Of a stretch of DNA of 64,000 nt, positions 1 through 8,814 are shown piece by piece. The stretch is from IMG/VR virus record IMGVR_UViG_3300031963_000089, positions 1-64,000 of that record; one strand, given 5' to 3'. Made by a program: the position numbers and the translations under genes. Source of the stretch: an uncultured virus (IMG/VR IMGVR_UViG_3300031963_000089) (taxonomy: Duplodnaviria; Heunggongvirae; Uroviricota; Caudoviricetes). The notes under the pieces were generated by a model that was not told the DNA's origin, made no database searches, and saw nothing but the letters and a program-made list of their open reading frames with translations. Every line of letters starts with the position of its first letter. The stretch's first letter is position 1.

Positions 1-245
1 AAGTCCCCAAACGATGAAAATGGGTCACCTCCCATATCACCAAAAGGATTACTTCTTCTCATATCATAATCTTTTCTTTTTTGTTCATCACCTAAGGTAT
101 CATAGGCTTCAGATATTTTTTTAAATATTTCTTCATCTCCACCTTTATCAGGGTGTGATTCAACGGCTTTTTTTCTATAAGCCTTTTTAATTTCATCCTG
201 TGATGCCGTTTCTGTAACACCTAAAATATCGTAAAAATTTTCCAA
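1..245 (-). CDS. dnaJ: DnaJ (J-domain) co-chaperone, runs off the left edge of the window
   Basis: Not in the ORF track. Manual translation from TTG at 245 gives [61 protein letters not shown], then a G/F-rich segment. The HPD motif is intact. Confidence 0.93.
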   Translation of the reverse strand, partial: MENFYDILGVTETASQDEIKKAYRKKAVESHPDKGGDEEIFKKISEAYDTLGDEQKRKDYDMRRSNPFGDMGGDPFSSFGD

Positions 246-283
246 CTGTTTTTATTTTTGAAAAGTTTATTAATTTATATTCT

Positions 284-916
284 ATGAACGATAAATTTCA
301 TATATACATCTTTAAGAATAATAAAAAAAAGAAAAAACTCAAATCCTTTGTGAGAGAAAAACTTGCAAAAGATTATTACGAAAATTTAATTAAAAAGTCA
401 AATGAAATAATTTTTGATAAGAAATTTGAATCAGGTAAAGAATGTCGTTTTCACATTGCACTTATCACCAATAAATTTATTGATGGTAACATTCATTATT
501 TAGATGAATTTGGTAGGAATATCACAATATCCCCTAAAATTGATGATACAAATTATATCCAAATTATTAAAACGTATAAAGTTGAAGAATCAATATATGA
601 TGTAAAAAATGATACCCGTATTTCAATTGACGACTTTTTTAAACAATACATTAAAAAAGATAAAATATATATGGTCTCTCAACTTAAGAATAAATTTATA
701 CTTCAAAATGATGATGATTATAAATTATTCTCTTTAAAAAATTCTGAAGATTGTGATAGATTATTGGAAATATTCACAACACTTAGAGATAAAGGTAATA
801 TGATAATAGTTAAAGATATCTCAACTGTTCAAAGAAAATATCTCTATAATTTACTTATTGAAAGGGGGTTTAATAAGAAATTTTTATATACAAGTTACAC
901 TACTTATCCAAGATAA
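284..916 (+). CDS. hypothetical protein, 210 aa
   Basis: Long ORF divergent from dnaJ. No recognised motif. Confidence 0.7.
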   Translation: MNDKFHIYIFKNNKKKKKLKSFVREKLAKDYYENLIKKSNEIIFDKKFESGKECRFHIALITNKFIDGNIHYLDEFGRNITISPKIDDTNYIQIIKTYKVEESIYDVKNDTRISIDDFFKQYIKKDKIYMVSQLKNKFILQNDDDYKLFSLKNSEDCDRLLEIFTTLRDKGNMIIVKDISTVQRKYLYNLLIERGFNKKFLYTSYTTYPR

Positions 917-1115
917 AAATAAAATCAGTTCCTGAGATGTCAATTTTAAACGTCTCACTATCATAGTTACCATCAACATTTGCAACTACATGATAATACT
1001 CTTGTTCTTTTAATTCAAATATAACACTCGCCTTACCATTAAAAAGGTTTTGTGATGCATCCGCAATTATTGCTAATTTACTTAAAAGTTCAGTACCTTC
1101 TTTATCCTTTGCCAT
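900..1115 (-). CDS. hypothetical protein, 71 aa
   Basis: Part of a tightly overlapping minus-strand gene run. Confidence 0.65.
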   Translation of the reverse strand: MAKDKEGTELLSKLAIIADASQNLFNGKASVIFELKEQEYYHVVANVDGNYDSETFKIDISGTDFIFILDK

Positions 1116-1279
1116 AATGTTATTTTTTTTGGTTTTTCAAACAAATCGTCTTTTTTTAACTCTTTGAAGAAGTTTGCCGTGTTTTCTTTTTCTCTTTTTA
1201 AATCTTCATTGAGTTTATTCCTCAATGAGTTCAGAGATTCCAGCTGTTTCTGTATTTCCTTGTTTTGGTCCATTGTCAA
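1082..1279 (-). CDS. hypothetical coiled-coil protein (start may be 1273)
   Basis: ORF with heptad-like helical composition, overlapping its neighbours. Confidence 0.6.
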   Translation of the reverse strand: MTMDQNKEIQKQLESLNSLRNKLNEDLKREKENTANFFKELKKDDLFEKPKKITLWQRIKKVLNF

Positions 1280-1652
1280 CTAAAACATTTTGTGTTAATT
1301 CAAATTTTAATTTCTTAAGATTTTCTAAATTTTCTTTATCAAATATATTTTTAAGTTCAGAAACTCTATCTTCAAATAGTTTTTCCTTAGCCTCTCTTTC
1401 TAAATTGTATCTAACAATACCTAATATATTATTCTGAATTAAGTTAAGATTATTCTCATCAAAATCAGAAACAAATGATAAATATAATTTATCTTCTAAA
1501 GTTCCATTATTCAAAAATTTATCTTCAACTATATATTTTTTAGGTATTTTCCATGTTTTAGAAAATAACACATCGAAAACAATATAGTTTTCAAGTTTTC
1601 TAACTTGGTGTAGGTAGTCAAATATTGGACTAATTTCTTTGTAAAAACTCAT
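1215..1652 (-). CDS. hypothetical protein, 145 aa
   Basis: ORF with an ATGA overlap to the upstream gene. Confidence 0.7.
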   Translation of the reverse strand: MSFYKEISPIFDYLHQVRKLENYIVFDVLFSKTWKIPKKYIVEDKFLNNGTLEDKLYLSFVSDFDENNLNLIQNNILGIVRYNLEREAKEKLFEDRVSELKNIFDKENLENLKKLKFELTQNVLVDNGPKQGNTETAGISELIEE

Positions 1653-1840
1653 ACTGAAAGTATTATATATGTAATAAAATAAGTTAATGTAAAATGGAAT
1701 AAAAAAGCTTCCCCATTACCTAACACCATTTTTTTAGGTGGTGTTTGTAATAGGGAAGTTATAAACACTGTTGAAATTTTCAAAACATTTAAAATGCTAA
1801 ATACAAAAATAAATAAAAATAAATTTTCTAAATTAATCAT
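1649..1840 (-). CDS. small two-TM membrane protein (start re-assigned to ATG 1840)
   Basis: MINLENLFLFIFVFSIL... with two hydrophobic segments. This ATG overlaps the end of the Hc1-like gene. Confidence 0.6.
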   Translation of the reverse strand: MINLENLFLFIFVFSILNVLKISTVFITSLLQTPPKKMVLGNGEAFLFHFTLTYFITYIILSV

Positions 1841-2009
1841 TTTGTTTTCTTCCTTGTAAAATTTCACCTCTGAACTGTTGAAGTAACGCTTTCAATTCTT
1901 GAGCAGTTTTTCTTGCTCTAGTACCAGCACTTTTGTTGCCATTATAGAACTTACCAGCATCAACAGAAAGAGATTCAGTCAATTCTTTGATTTTGTCTAC
2001 TGTTTCCAT
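1833..2009 (-). CDS. histone H1-like (Hc1-family) small DNA-binding protein, 58 aa
   Basis: Not in the ORF track. Translates as METVDKIKELTESLSVDAGKFYNGNKSAGTRARKTAQELKALLQQFRGEILQGRKQND. GNKxAGxRARK is the Hc1-like signature. Confidence 0.85.
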   Translation of the reverse strand: METVDKIKELTESLSVDAGKFYNGNKSAGTRARKTAQELKALLQQFRGEILQGRKQND

Positions 2010-2062
2010 TTTCTTAAATATAAAATTTGTTTATTACACTATCAAGAGTAAGGATTATTTAT

Positions 2063-2536
2063 CTATTGTAAACTTAATTTTAAAGATTTATCTAATGATT
2101 TGTAAATTGATGTTAGTAAATCTAAATCTGACTTTGTTGGTGATTTATCAAGATTAAAAACCTCATCAAAAAACTTATTCAAAGACATTTTAACTTCTTT
2201 AATCTTTTGTCTATAAAAAGTTTCTTCTAAAAAACTTTTCATAAAATCTTTATGGTCACCCTTTTCACCAAAAAAGATACCCTCTTTATTAAAATTTTCA
2301 ATTGTTTTACCCCAACACCATTCAAAGTGTTTGATATTATCCTCATCTGTTATGTTTATATTAGTTTCTTGACCTTCTGGGTCACCTAAATAGGTTTTAT
2401 ATACCAAGGAAACCAAAGATTTAACAAAGTCTTCAAACAACTCTAATTTTTGATGACAGATATCATTACTATCAATCCAAAATTGTAGCTCTTCGTCAGT
2501 AACTGGCTTAGATATATAAGAAAAAAAATTCTCCAT
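2063..2536 (-). CDS. hypothetical protein, 157 aa
   Basis: ORF whose start codon lies inside a hairpin (see findings). Confidence 0.75.
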   Translation of the reverse strand: MENFFSYISKPVTDEELQFWIDSNDICHQKLELFEDFVKSLVSLVYKTYLGDPEGQETNINITDEDNIKHFEWCWGKTIENFNKEGIFFGEKGDHKDFMKSFLEETFYRQKIKEVKMSLNKFFDEVFNLDKSPTKSDLDLLTSIYKSLDKSLKLSLQ

Positions 2537-2552
2537 AGTTATATGGAGAATT
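2520..2552 (-). terminator. intrinsic terminator overlapping the start codon at 2536
   Basis: Perfect 11-bp inverted repeat AATTCTCCATA-TAAC-TATGGAGAATT followed by a T run on the minus strand, about 30 nt after the stop of the 498-aa gene. Confidence 0.75.
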
Positions 2553-2580
2553 ATAATTTAAAATATTTTAAAGTAACTAA

Positions 2581-4077
2581 TTATTTTTTATACTGATAAC
2601 CAATTAACTTTTTCATGTTTTCCATTTCTTCATTCAACAATTTACTTGTTTCACTTTCTTTTGATTCTCCAAGATTATTCAATATTTTTTCAGCCTTATT
2701 AACTGAAGAAGTTTTTGAACCTTTTTTCTTAATAGAACCCTTTTGAGTCGTTTCACCAGCAACATCAACAGGTTGTGATTGTCTCTTATATGACGCTTCT
2801 AATTGTTCAGCACCATATAAATTTTCTTCATAGTTCTTATAAAATTTATCACCTGTCTCTGTTGGTACAACATTACCAAGTGGGTTACCGTCGGCATCAA
2901 CTTGAGCGTTTCCAGTTTTAGAACTACCTTTTAGATTCATTTCAATCCACTCATCATTTGGTTTGATTTCATCGAATACAAGATTTGTCTGTCCAGGATA
3001 AGCAAAAGCATCTACATATTCATCAACATATTCTGATGGAATATACGCCTTTTTACTCATTTTAGAAATTTCACCATTACCTTTTGGAAACATTACAGGA
3101 TTAGATTCAAACTTACCTTTAGAACCATCCTTAACGTACTCTGCCATTTTTTTGAATGAATCTTTATTTGCTTTAGAGTTTTCATTTTTTTCTTTTTTAG
3201 AAACTCTGTCATATTGAACCATTCCAGCAGATTTACCCGTCTTCTTAAGATTATCCTTAGTTTTTTCTTCAAGAACTAATTCTTCAATCATTTCAATTAA
3301 TTCAGATTCCTTTAAATCAAGAAAATCACCATCACCCATTTTAATTCTATAATTAATTGAATCTTTATCGTCACCCGAAACAAAATCAACTTCTTGGTCA
3401 ACTTCTTCAGGATAATTTCTCATGTACTTTTTCTTCAACGATTGTACTCTTGGGTTTTCATCATCAGATAGATTAATATCTTCAAAGTCATCGTGTCCCA
3501 TACCTAAACCCATACCACCTAAATCTTCAGTCACTTCATATTCTTTACCATCAACTTCAAAAGATTTTTTACCTTCTTTTTTCGCCTTTGCTAAAGCCCC
3601 AGTAAAAGCATTTCCTTCTTCCACTTCTTCTTCCATTTTTTGTAATTTTAAAAAATCCGCTTTAGTGAGTTTACCTTTAGGTTCTGCAACATCTAATTTT
3701 TTTTGACCACCATGTAGTCTTTCAGTTGTTTCACTTCTTGCATCTTTAGAATCTAACGCTAATGCTAAATCAGTGTCTTGGTCTTCTTTAATTCTTTTTT
3801 TCATGTTTGATATTTGTTTTTCACCAAAGGCGACTTCGCCACCTTTTTTATTTCTTTTAAAATGAAACGGCCCATGTGACGAATGTTTACCTCTTCTCAT
3901 AAACGTATAATCTTCTTCGTCATCATCAAAAACATAGTCATTACCAACTTCTAAATCGTACTTATCAACATCTTCATTTGATTCAATTTTTTTGTTGATA
4001 GTGTCAGTAATTTCGTTAGCCCTTTCAGTTAAACTTTCATTAACTAAACTTTTTATTATTTCATCAAATTTTGACAT
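2581..4077 (-). CDS. acidic/Lys-rich protein, putative head-internal or prohead core protein
   Basis: Highly charged and low in complexity. Has an EF-hand-like DVAEPKGKLTKADF segment and many L/I-x-E sites, and is preceded by the TATTTATA motif. Confidence 0.5.
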   Translation of the reverse strand: MSKFDEIIKSLVNESLTERANEITDTINKKIESNEDVDKYDLEVGNDYVFDDDEEDYTFMRRGKHSSHGPFHFKRNKKGGEVAFGEKQISNMKKRIKEDQDTDLALALDSKDARSETTERLHGGQKKLDVAEPKGKLTKADFLKLQKMEEEVEEGNAFTGALAKAKKEGKKSFEVDGKEYEVTEDLGGMGLGMGHDDFEDINLSDDENPRVQSLKKKYMRNYPEEVDQEVDFVSGDDKDSINYRIKMGDGDFLDLKESELIEMIEELVLEEKTKDNLKKTGKSAGMVQYDRVSKKEKNENSKANKDSFKKMAEYVKDGSKGKFESNPVMFPKGNGEISKMSKKAYIPSEYVDEYVDAFAYPGQTNLVFDEIKPNDEWIEMNLKGSSKTGNAQVDADGNPLGNVVPTETGDKFYKNYEENLYGAEQLEASYKRQSQPVDVAGETTQKGSIKKKGSKTSSVNKAEKILNNLGESKESETSKLLNEEMENMKKLIGYQYKK

Positions 4078-4089
4078 TTATGTTTTATA

Positions 4090-4097
4090 TATAAATA
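4090..4097 (-). promoter_or_regulatory. putative late promoter TATTTATA
   Basis: The motif recurs just upstream of many structural gene starts. Here it ends 12 nt before ATG 4077. Confidence 0.6.
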
Positions 4098-4098
4098 C

Positions 4099-4629
4099 TT
4101 AATTAATTGAGTTTTTTAAAATATCTTCTTTAATTATTTTACTTAAAATATTTTTGTCAATTTGGTATTCCTTTGATAATTTTTCAAGTAAACTTTCAAA
4201 AATATCTAATTCAGTTAATTTTAAAGCGTTAATATCTCCTTGATTACAATATGGGTATTTTAAACATTTCTTTTTTACTTTAACAAACTTACCACCTTTA
4301 TATAAAGGTTTTGAAGCTCCTCTCCAATCTTTCTTACTTTGGGATTTAGCTAAAAATGATGGCCCTGAATATTGTCCCGCAGAAGACGCCCCTGTCGCCT
4401 CAGTCGCTTCAACTTTTTTAATGTCATCAGAATTTTCTTCTTCCATTTTACTACCAAATAACGGTGCCGAAAAACTACCAGCACTACCAGCACCAGTCGC
4501 TTCAGTATTCTCTTCTTTTTTCTCACTCAGTTCTTCTGAGAATTTGTTAAAATCACGAATTGAATCTGAATCTTTTGTTGTATAATTTGACTTAATCGCC
4601 TTCATTAAATTTTGTTTCAAGTTTTCCAT
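4099..4629 (-). CDS. hypothetical protein with an internal TEATGAxSAGxxSxP repeat
   Basis: Two copies: TEATGAGSAGSFSAPLF and TEATGASSAGQYSGPSF. Confidence 0.7.
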   Translation of the reverse strand: MENLKQNLMKAIKSNYTTKDSDSIRDFNKFSEELSEKKEENTEATGAGSAGSFSAPLFGSKMEEENSDDIKKVEATEATGASSAGQYSGPSFLAKSQSKKDWRGASKPLYKGGKFVKVKKKCLKYPYCNQGDINALKLTELDIFESLLEKLSKEYQIDKNILSKIIKEDILKNSIN

Positions 4630-4634
4630 CTCTA

Positions 4635-4889
4635 TTATTTTTTAATTTTTGATTCCCAAACACTTCTATTCATCCAAAGATATTCATAGAAATCTTTCAT
4701 GGATTTTGCGATTAAATCTCTAACATTTTTTTCTAACTTACCTCTTTCAATTTCTTTGGAAATTAACTCTAACATTTTGTTTTCAAATTGTTTAACAGTT
4801 TGTGAATCTAAAAAACTTTTGATTTCAGATTTAACAATTTTTTCTATTTCGTTTTTTTCAGATTGATTGAAAGCCATTTTAAAATGCAA
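4635..4889 (-). CDS. hypothetical protein (start probably MAFNQ at 4877)
   Basis: Helical ORF within the operon. Confidence 0.65.
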   Translation of the reverse strand: MHFKMAFNQSEKNEIEKIVKSEIKSFLDSQTVKQFENKMLELISKEIERGKLEKNVRDLIAKSMKDFYEYLWMNRSVWESKIKK

Positions 4890-5301
4890 GTATTAATAAT
4901 AATAGTGTTAATCCTCCACCTGTGAAGGTTCCGACTTTCCACCATTTAGTTTTATCGTTATTGGTTTTAATCTCATCTTTTAAATCATCAGTCATATTAA
5001 CATACAAACCAATTTGTTTATCTTTCTCCCCAATGATTATTTGATTGTTTTTATCTTTCTCTTCTAAAATCTCAATCTTCTTATCTTTATCCCCTTCTCT
5101 CTTTTCTAATAAGGAAATTTTAGAATATAATTGTTGGTTTTCTTCAACACAACCATCTAACTTAATTAAATCTTTGGCAATCTTTCTTGCAACTTCAGAA
5201 CTGATAACAACCTTTGTAGTATCTTTACTTACCGTATTTGTCTGTGAAAAAATGTTGAAGCTCATCATTACCGAGATTATCAACAGAAGCAACTTTTTCA
5301 T
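4879..5301 (-). CDS. exported coiled-coil protein with C-terminal TM, spanin-like candidate
   Basis: Signal peptide MKKLLLLIISVMMSFNIFS|Q, a coiled coil and a C-terminal hydrophobic helix. Overlaps the upstream gene by 77 bp. Confidence 0.55.
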   Translation of the reverse strand: MKKLLLLIISVMMSFNIFSQTNTVSKDTTKVVISSEVARKIAKDLIKLDGCVEENQQLYSKISLLEKREGDKDKKIEILEEKDKNNQIIIGEKDKQIGLYVNMTDDLKDEIKTNNDKTKWWKVGTFTGGGLTLLLLILAF

Positions 5302-5569
5302 TTGTTTTCTTTTTAATTACGTTTATGTTGTTATCAACTAATTGAATTTCTTGAGTTATTTCAGATATATTAACATCAAGTTCTACCAATTTATTATCCA
5401 ATTCTTTGTTTAGAATTGAAACTGAATCAATTTTTGTTTGAATACTATCAATTGAGTTTTGATACTTTTCAACATCAGTTTTAATTTGGTTTGTCGTAAT
5501 AATATTATAGACAAACAAACCAATAATAATTAAAAATAAAATTCCAATTATATTATTCTTATTGCTCAT
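5225..5569 (-). CDS. N-terminal TM plus coiled coil, i-spanin-like candidate
   Basis: Anchor IIGILFLIIIGLFVY followed by a long heptad coiled coil. Lies near the amidase gene. Confidence 0.55.
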   Translation of the reverse strand: MSNKNNIIGILFLIIIGLFVYNIITTNQIKTDVEKYQNSIDSIQTKIDSVSILNKELDNKLVELDVNISEITQEIQLVDNNINVIKKKTNEKVASVDNLGNDELQHFFTDKYGK

Positions 5570-6170
5570 TTGTCTCAGGTTTTGTTTTCTTTCTACTAGC
5601 GATTATTTTAGCCCATTTAGACTTAAACTTTTCATAATAGGTTTGTAACTTATTAATTGCTTCAGTAAAGTTTTCATCAACTTTCACCATATCACCACTA
5701 ATATATAATCCGTTATTCTCACCAATAGTGAAATAGAATTCAATATCAAAATCAACAATTTTACCACTCCAATCAACATTATTTTGATAAACGTTTAATT
5801 GATTAAAATTAACCAAATCTGAAACTTCGGCAACAAACTCATCCATTGTTTCTTGGAAAGCTTTCTTATCATCCGTTGTTAATTCAACATCTTTTCTATC
5901 TTTTCCGTGTATAGTTAAAATACCTCCTGAAATTCTGTAACCTTGTTCGATTTCATTTTTCTTTTCTTCATCGTCTTGAATTTCATCTTCAACAGCCGCA
6001 GGTACATTATACTTTGTTGCAATTGTATCAACTTCAGGTTTTTCAGATTGTTCAAACAAATAAGTTTTCTTTATCTCTTGGATATGTTCCTTAACAACAG
6101 AATTATTGTTGTTAACCAAATCTCTCATTTTTTTAATTTGGTCTTTAATGTCTTGGTTATCTCTCATCAT
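5559..6170 (-). CDS. hypothetical protein, 203 aa
   Basis: ORF overlapping both neighbours. Confidence 0.7.
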   Translation of the reverse strand: MMRDNQDIKDQIKKMRDLVNNNNSVVKEHIQEIKKTYLFEQSEKPEVDTIATKYNVPAAVEDEIQDDEEKKNEIEQGYRISGGILTIHGKDRKDVELTTDDKKAFQETMDEFVAEVSDLVNFNQLNVYQNNVDWSGKIVDFDIEFYFTIGENNGLYISGDMVKVDENFTEAINKLQTYYEKFKSKWAKIIASRKKTKPETNEQ

Positions 6171-6759
6171 TTTCTATTAAGTTTTTAAATTTTTCATAAT
6201 CAAATGCCGGACTTATATCGGTATATCTACTATTATAATTACTTCTACATACAATACCGTTGAATAATTTAACACCATCAACTTTTGTATTATGTCCAAT
6301 AAACTTATTGTCTATTGAAAATTTTACAAGTAATTTTTTTGAGAGCTCTACAAGTGAATTTAATTGTTCTTCACTATATGGTTCCCAATATAACTTATCC
6401 TTCCATTTTTTTTGAAAAATAGATTTACTATAAATATCCCCAATCCAATTAGAATACGATAAACCTAATGGTGTTTTTTGTAACCATCCAAGATTTTCTA
6501 AACAAATTACGATTGAATTTCGATTTACCTCTTGGTCATCAAAATAGTTAGTATAACTATCATCTGAAATTAAGTTTAAAATATTCCCTTCTTTTGTTAT
6601 AAAGTAGTTCGGTATCTTATCATAAGAACCATTCTTACGATATTTTAATGAATTAAGAAAATTTTCAGCGGGACGAAAACTATGACAAAGAACTATTTGT
6701 CTTTTTTTCTTATTTTTTTCAAACTTAGGAAACTTTCCATATTTTTTAATATTAAGCAT
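6157..6759 (-). CDS. N-acetylmuramoyl-L-alanine amidase (Amidase_2/T7 lysozyme-like), atypical first Zn ligand
   Basis: IVLCHS, NYFITKEGNI, NRNSIVICLEN, YSEEQLNSLVEL, FIGHN and TDISPAFD follow the Amidase_2 motif order. Confidence 0.75.
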   Translation of the reverse strand: MLNIKKYGKFPKFEKNKKKRQIVLCHSFRPAENFLNSLKYRKNGSYDKIPNYFITKEGNILNLISDDSYTNYFDDQEVNRNSIVICLENLGWLQKTPLGLSYSNWIGDIYSKSIFQKKWKDKLYWEPYSEEQLNSLVELSKKLLVKFSIDNKFIGHNTKVDGVKLFNGIVCRSNYNSRYTDISPAFDYEKFKNLIENDER

Positions 6760-7690
6760 CCCTCTTTGTATAGTTTAAAACCTTGTAAACTTCACCCTGT
6801 TCGGAAAGTTCATTATTTTTTTTTTCAACCTCTTCAGGTTGTATATCAATTTCTTTATCAAGTAATCCCATGTAGACAGTATTATCATACTGACTTTCTT
6901 CAGTAATAGGTTTAATTTCTTCGATAGGTTCTTCTACAACATCTTTAGTTATTATTTGATTATTATTAATATTTTCATTAACAATTTCAGTATAAGCATT
7001 TAAAACTTCTTCAATTTTACGTAAATCTTCTTCTGATGGTTGGTATGGGTTACTTTTAGGTTTTTGTTCAACAGGATAGTTATTTTTTATTATTTCCTCT
7101 AACTTATCCAATTCTTCACTAGTAGGTGTCCATTTTTCTTTCTCTTTCTCTTTAATTTGTTCTTCAAATATCTTTTGAACATCTTCCTCGGTCAATTCAG
7201 TTTTAATATCCTCAACCACTTCTTTATTCTTTTCAGTAAATTTAACCAACATGTGAGCAAATGTAAGAGAGATGATTGGTAGTAATCCACCAGTTAAAAA
7301 AGCTAAAACTGTCTTATGACTATTCAAATCAGTTTTTTCAATTCCCATATTCTCAAACAAACCTCCAACCATTGAAATCCAATCTTGGAATGTTTGTGAT
7401 GTTTCATCAATATATGTAAATGAAAAGAATATGTTCCCCAACATTTGAATAAATGTTACGATGATAAACGGGAAATAAACAAACCTACCCATGTTAACTG
7501 ACACCGCTGCCAAGGCCGATAATGCCGCAATTTCAATACCCACCGAAAGGTATATAGCCCAAGTAAAAGGATTAGATAAACCATAAAAACTCGTAACGTG
7601 TGATATAGACACAAACGCTACGAGTAATATTGGAATAACAAAAGCTAAAGAAATTATGTTTGTTAAATTTCTACTAAACCAATTTTTCAT
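6752..7690 (-). CDS. multi-pass membrane protein with acidic tail, holin-like candidate
   Basis: About four TM helices in the first ~150 aa, then a Glu-rich tail with a repeated (W/Y)xPxxExLxKxEE motif. Confidence 0.55.
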   Translation of the reverse strand: MKNWFSRNLTNIISLAFVIPILLVAFVSISHVTSFYGLSNPFTWAIYLSVGIEIAALSALAAVSVNMGRFVYFPFIIVTFIQMLGNIFFSFTYIDETSQTFQDWISMVGGLFENMGIEKTDLNSHKTVLAFLTGGLLPIISLTFAHMLVKFTEKNKEVVEDIKTELTEEDVQKIFEEQIKEKEKEKWTPTSEELDKLEEIIKNNYPVEQKPKSNPYQPSEEDLRKIEEVLNAYTEIVNENINNNQIITKDVVEEPIEEIKPITEESQYDNTVYMGLLDKEIDIQPEEVEKKNNELSEQGEVYKVLNYTKRDA

Positions 7691-7965
7691 TGACCCAACT
7701 CATTCTTGTAATGGTTTATGGGCATATGATTCTTATCCGACAATTCTTCAATTTCCAAAGTTTTCCAACTTGGAGTTTCTTTGATAATGTTAACTAGTTT
7801 ATCTTGAGATACTACGATAGTACTTAAAGAGTCAACTTTCTTTGTTAACAACTCAACTTGTTTTTCGGTTGTCTTAACTTGTGTTGATGTTCCACATCCT
7901 TTAAAAAAGGATAGTAATACGATTACTAAAATCGCGGGAATAAAGTATTTCTGTAATTTTTCCAT
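7687..7965 (-). CDS. putative lipoprotein
   Basis: Basic N-terminus, a hydrophobic stretch and a lipobox-like FKG|C. Confidence 0.6.
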   Translation of the reverse strand: MEKLQKYFIPAILVIVLLSFFKGCGTSTQVKTTEKQVELLTKKVDSLSTIVVSQDKLVNIIKETPSWKTLEIEELSDKNHMPINHYKNELGQ

Positions 7966-8013
7966 AATGTTTTTATATAATTTAAAATTAAATTTATAAC
8001 AATAAATAGTTGA

Positions 8014-8814
8014 TTACATATAATCGAACAAGGTAACACTCTCATTACGTAACTTACGAAGAGCTTTTTCTTTGATTTGTCTAACTCTTTCTTTAGTTAA
8101 ACTGAAATCTGAACCGATATCTTCAAGTGTTCTTGGGGTACCTGAAATACCATAGTAATCTTCAATAATCTGTCTTTCTCGTTCATCTAAAATATTCATG
8201 ATGTTGAATAACCCGTCTTTAAGTTGTTGGTCATTATTGAATACTTCATCAGGCATATCACTATCCTTATTCACAATCAAATCAATCAATGTATCACCAT
8301 CCTCATTAATCTGAGTTTGTAGGTTAATCGTTGATGGTAGGTTAGCAAATCGGTCATCAATTCTTTCACCTGTCTTATCTGTACGTTTTTTCTCTTTGTA
8401 TAAGTCTTGGATGACATTTACAGGAATACGAATTGTTCTTGAGTGTTCGTTCAAAGATTGTAGGATAGATTGTCTAATCCACCATACCGCATATGATATA
8501 AAACGAAGGTTCTTTGTCCAATCAAAACTTTGAATTGCTTTCATAAGTCCGATATTACCTTCAGCAACTAAGTCACTGAAATCAACACCCTGCCCTTGAT
8601 ATTGTTTAGCGACTGTAATAACAAATCGTAGGTTACCTTCTAACAATTCTTTACATATACCCGCCTTTTCACTATCCGATGTTTCAGGACTTTGCATCTT
8701 CGCAGATAATTCCCTTTCTCTCTCAGGAGTCATTACCTTAATACGTCTAAGTTCTTTAAGGTAGATTTGTACTTCGTCTTGATTAATTGGTATAACTTGG
8801 TTTTTTTCCATCAT
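8014..8814 (-). CDS. phage-encoded sigma-70 family RNA polymerase sigma factor (RpoD-like, no region 1.1)
   Basis: Region 1.2 YLKELRR; region 2 NLRFVITVAKQY, DLVAEGNIGLMKA and FISYAVWWIRQSI; region 4 TLEDIG...LTKERVRQIKEKALRKLR. Confidence 0.95.
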   Translation of the reverse strand: MMEKNQVIPINQDEVQIYLKELRRIKVMTPERERELSAKMQSPETSDSEKAGICKELLEGNLRFVITVAKQYQGQGVDFSDLVAEGNIGLMKAIQSFDWTKNLRFISYAVWWIRQSILQSLNEHSRTIRIPVNVIQDLYKEKKRTDKTGERIDDRFANLPSTINLQTQINEDGDTLIDLIVNKDSDMPDEVFNNDQQLKDGLFNIMNILDERERQIIEDYYGISGTPRTLEDIGSDFSLTKERVRQIKEKALRKLRNESVTLFDYM

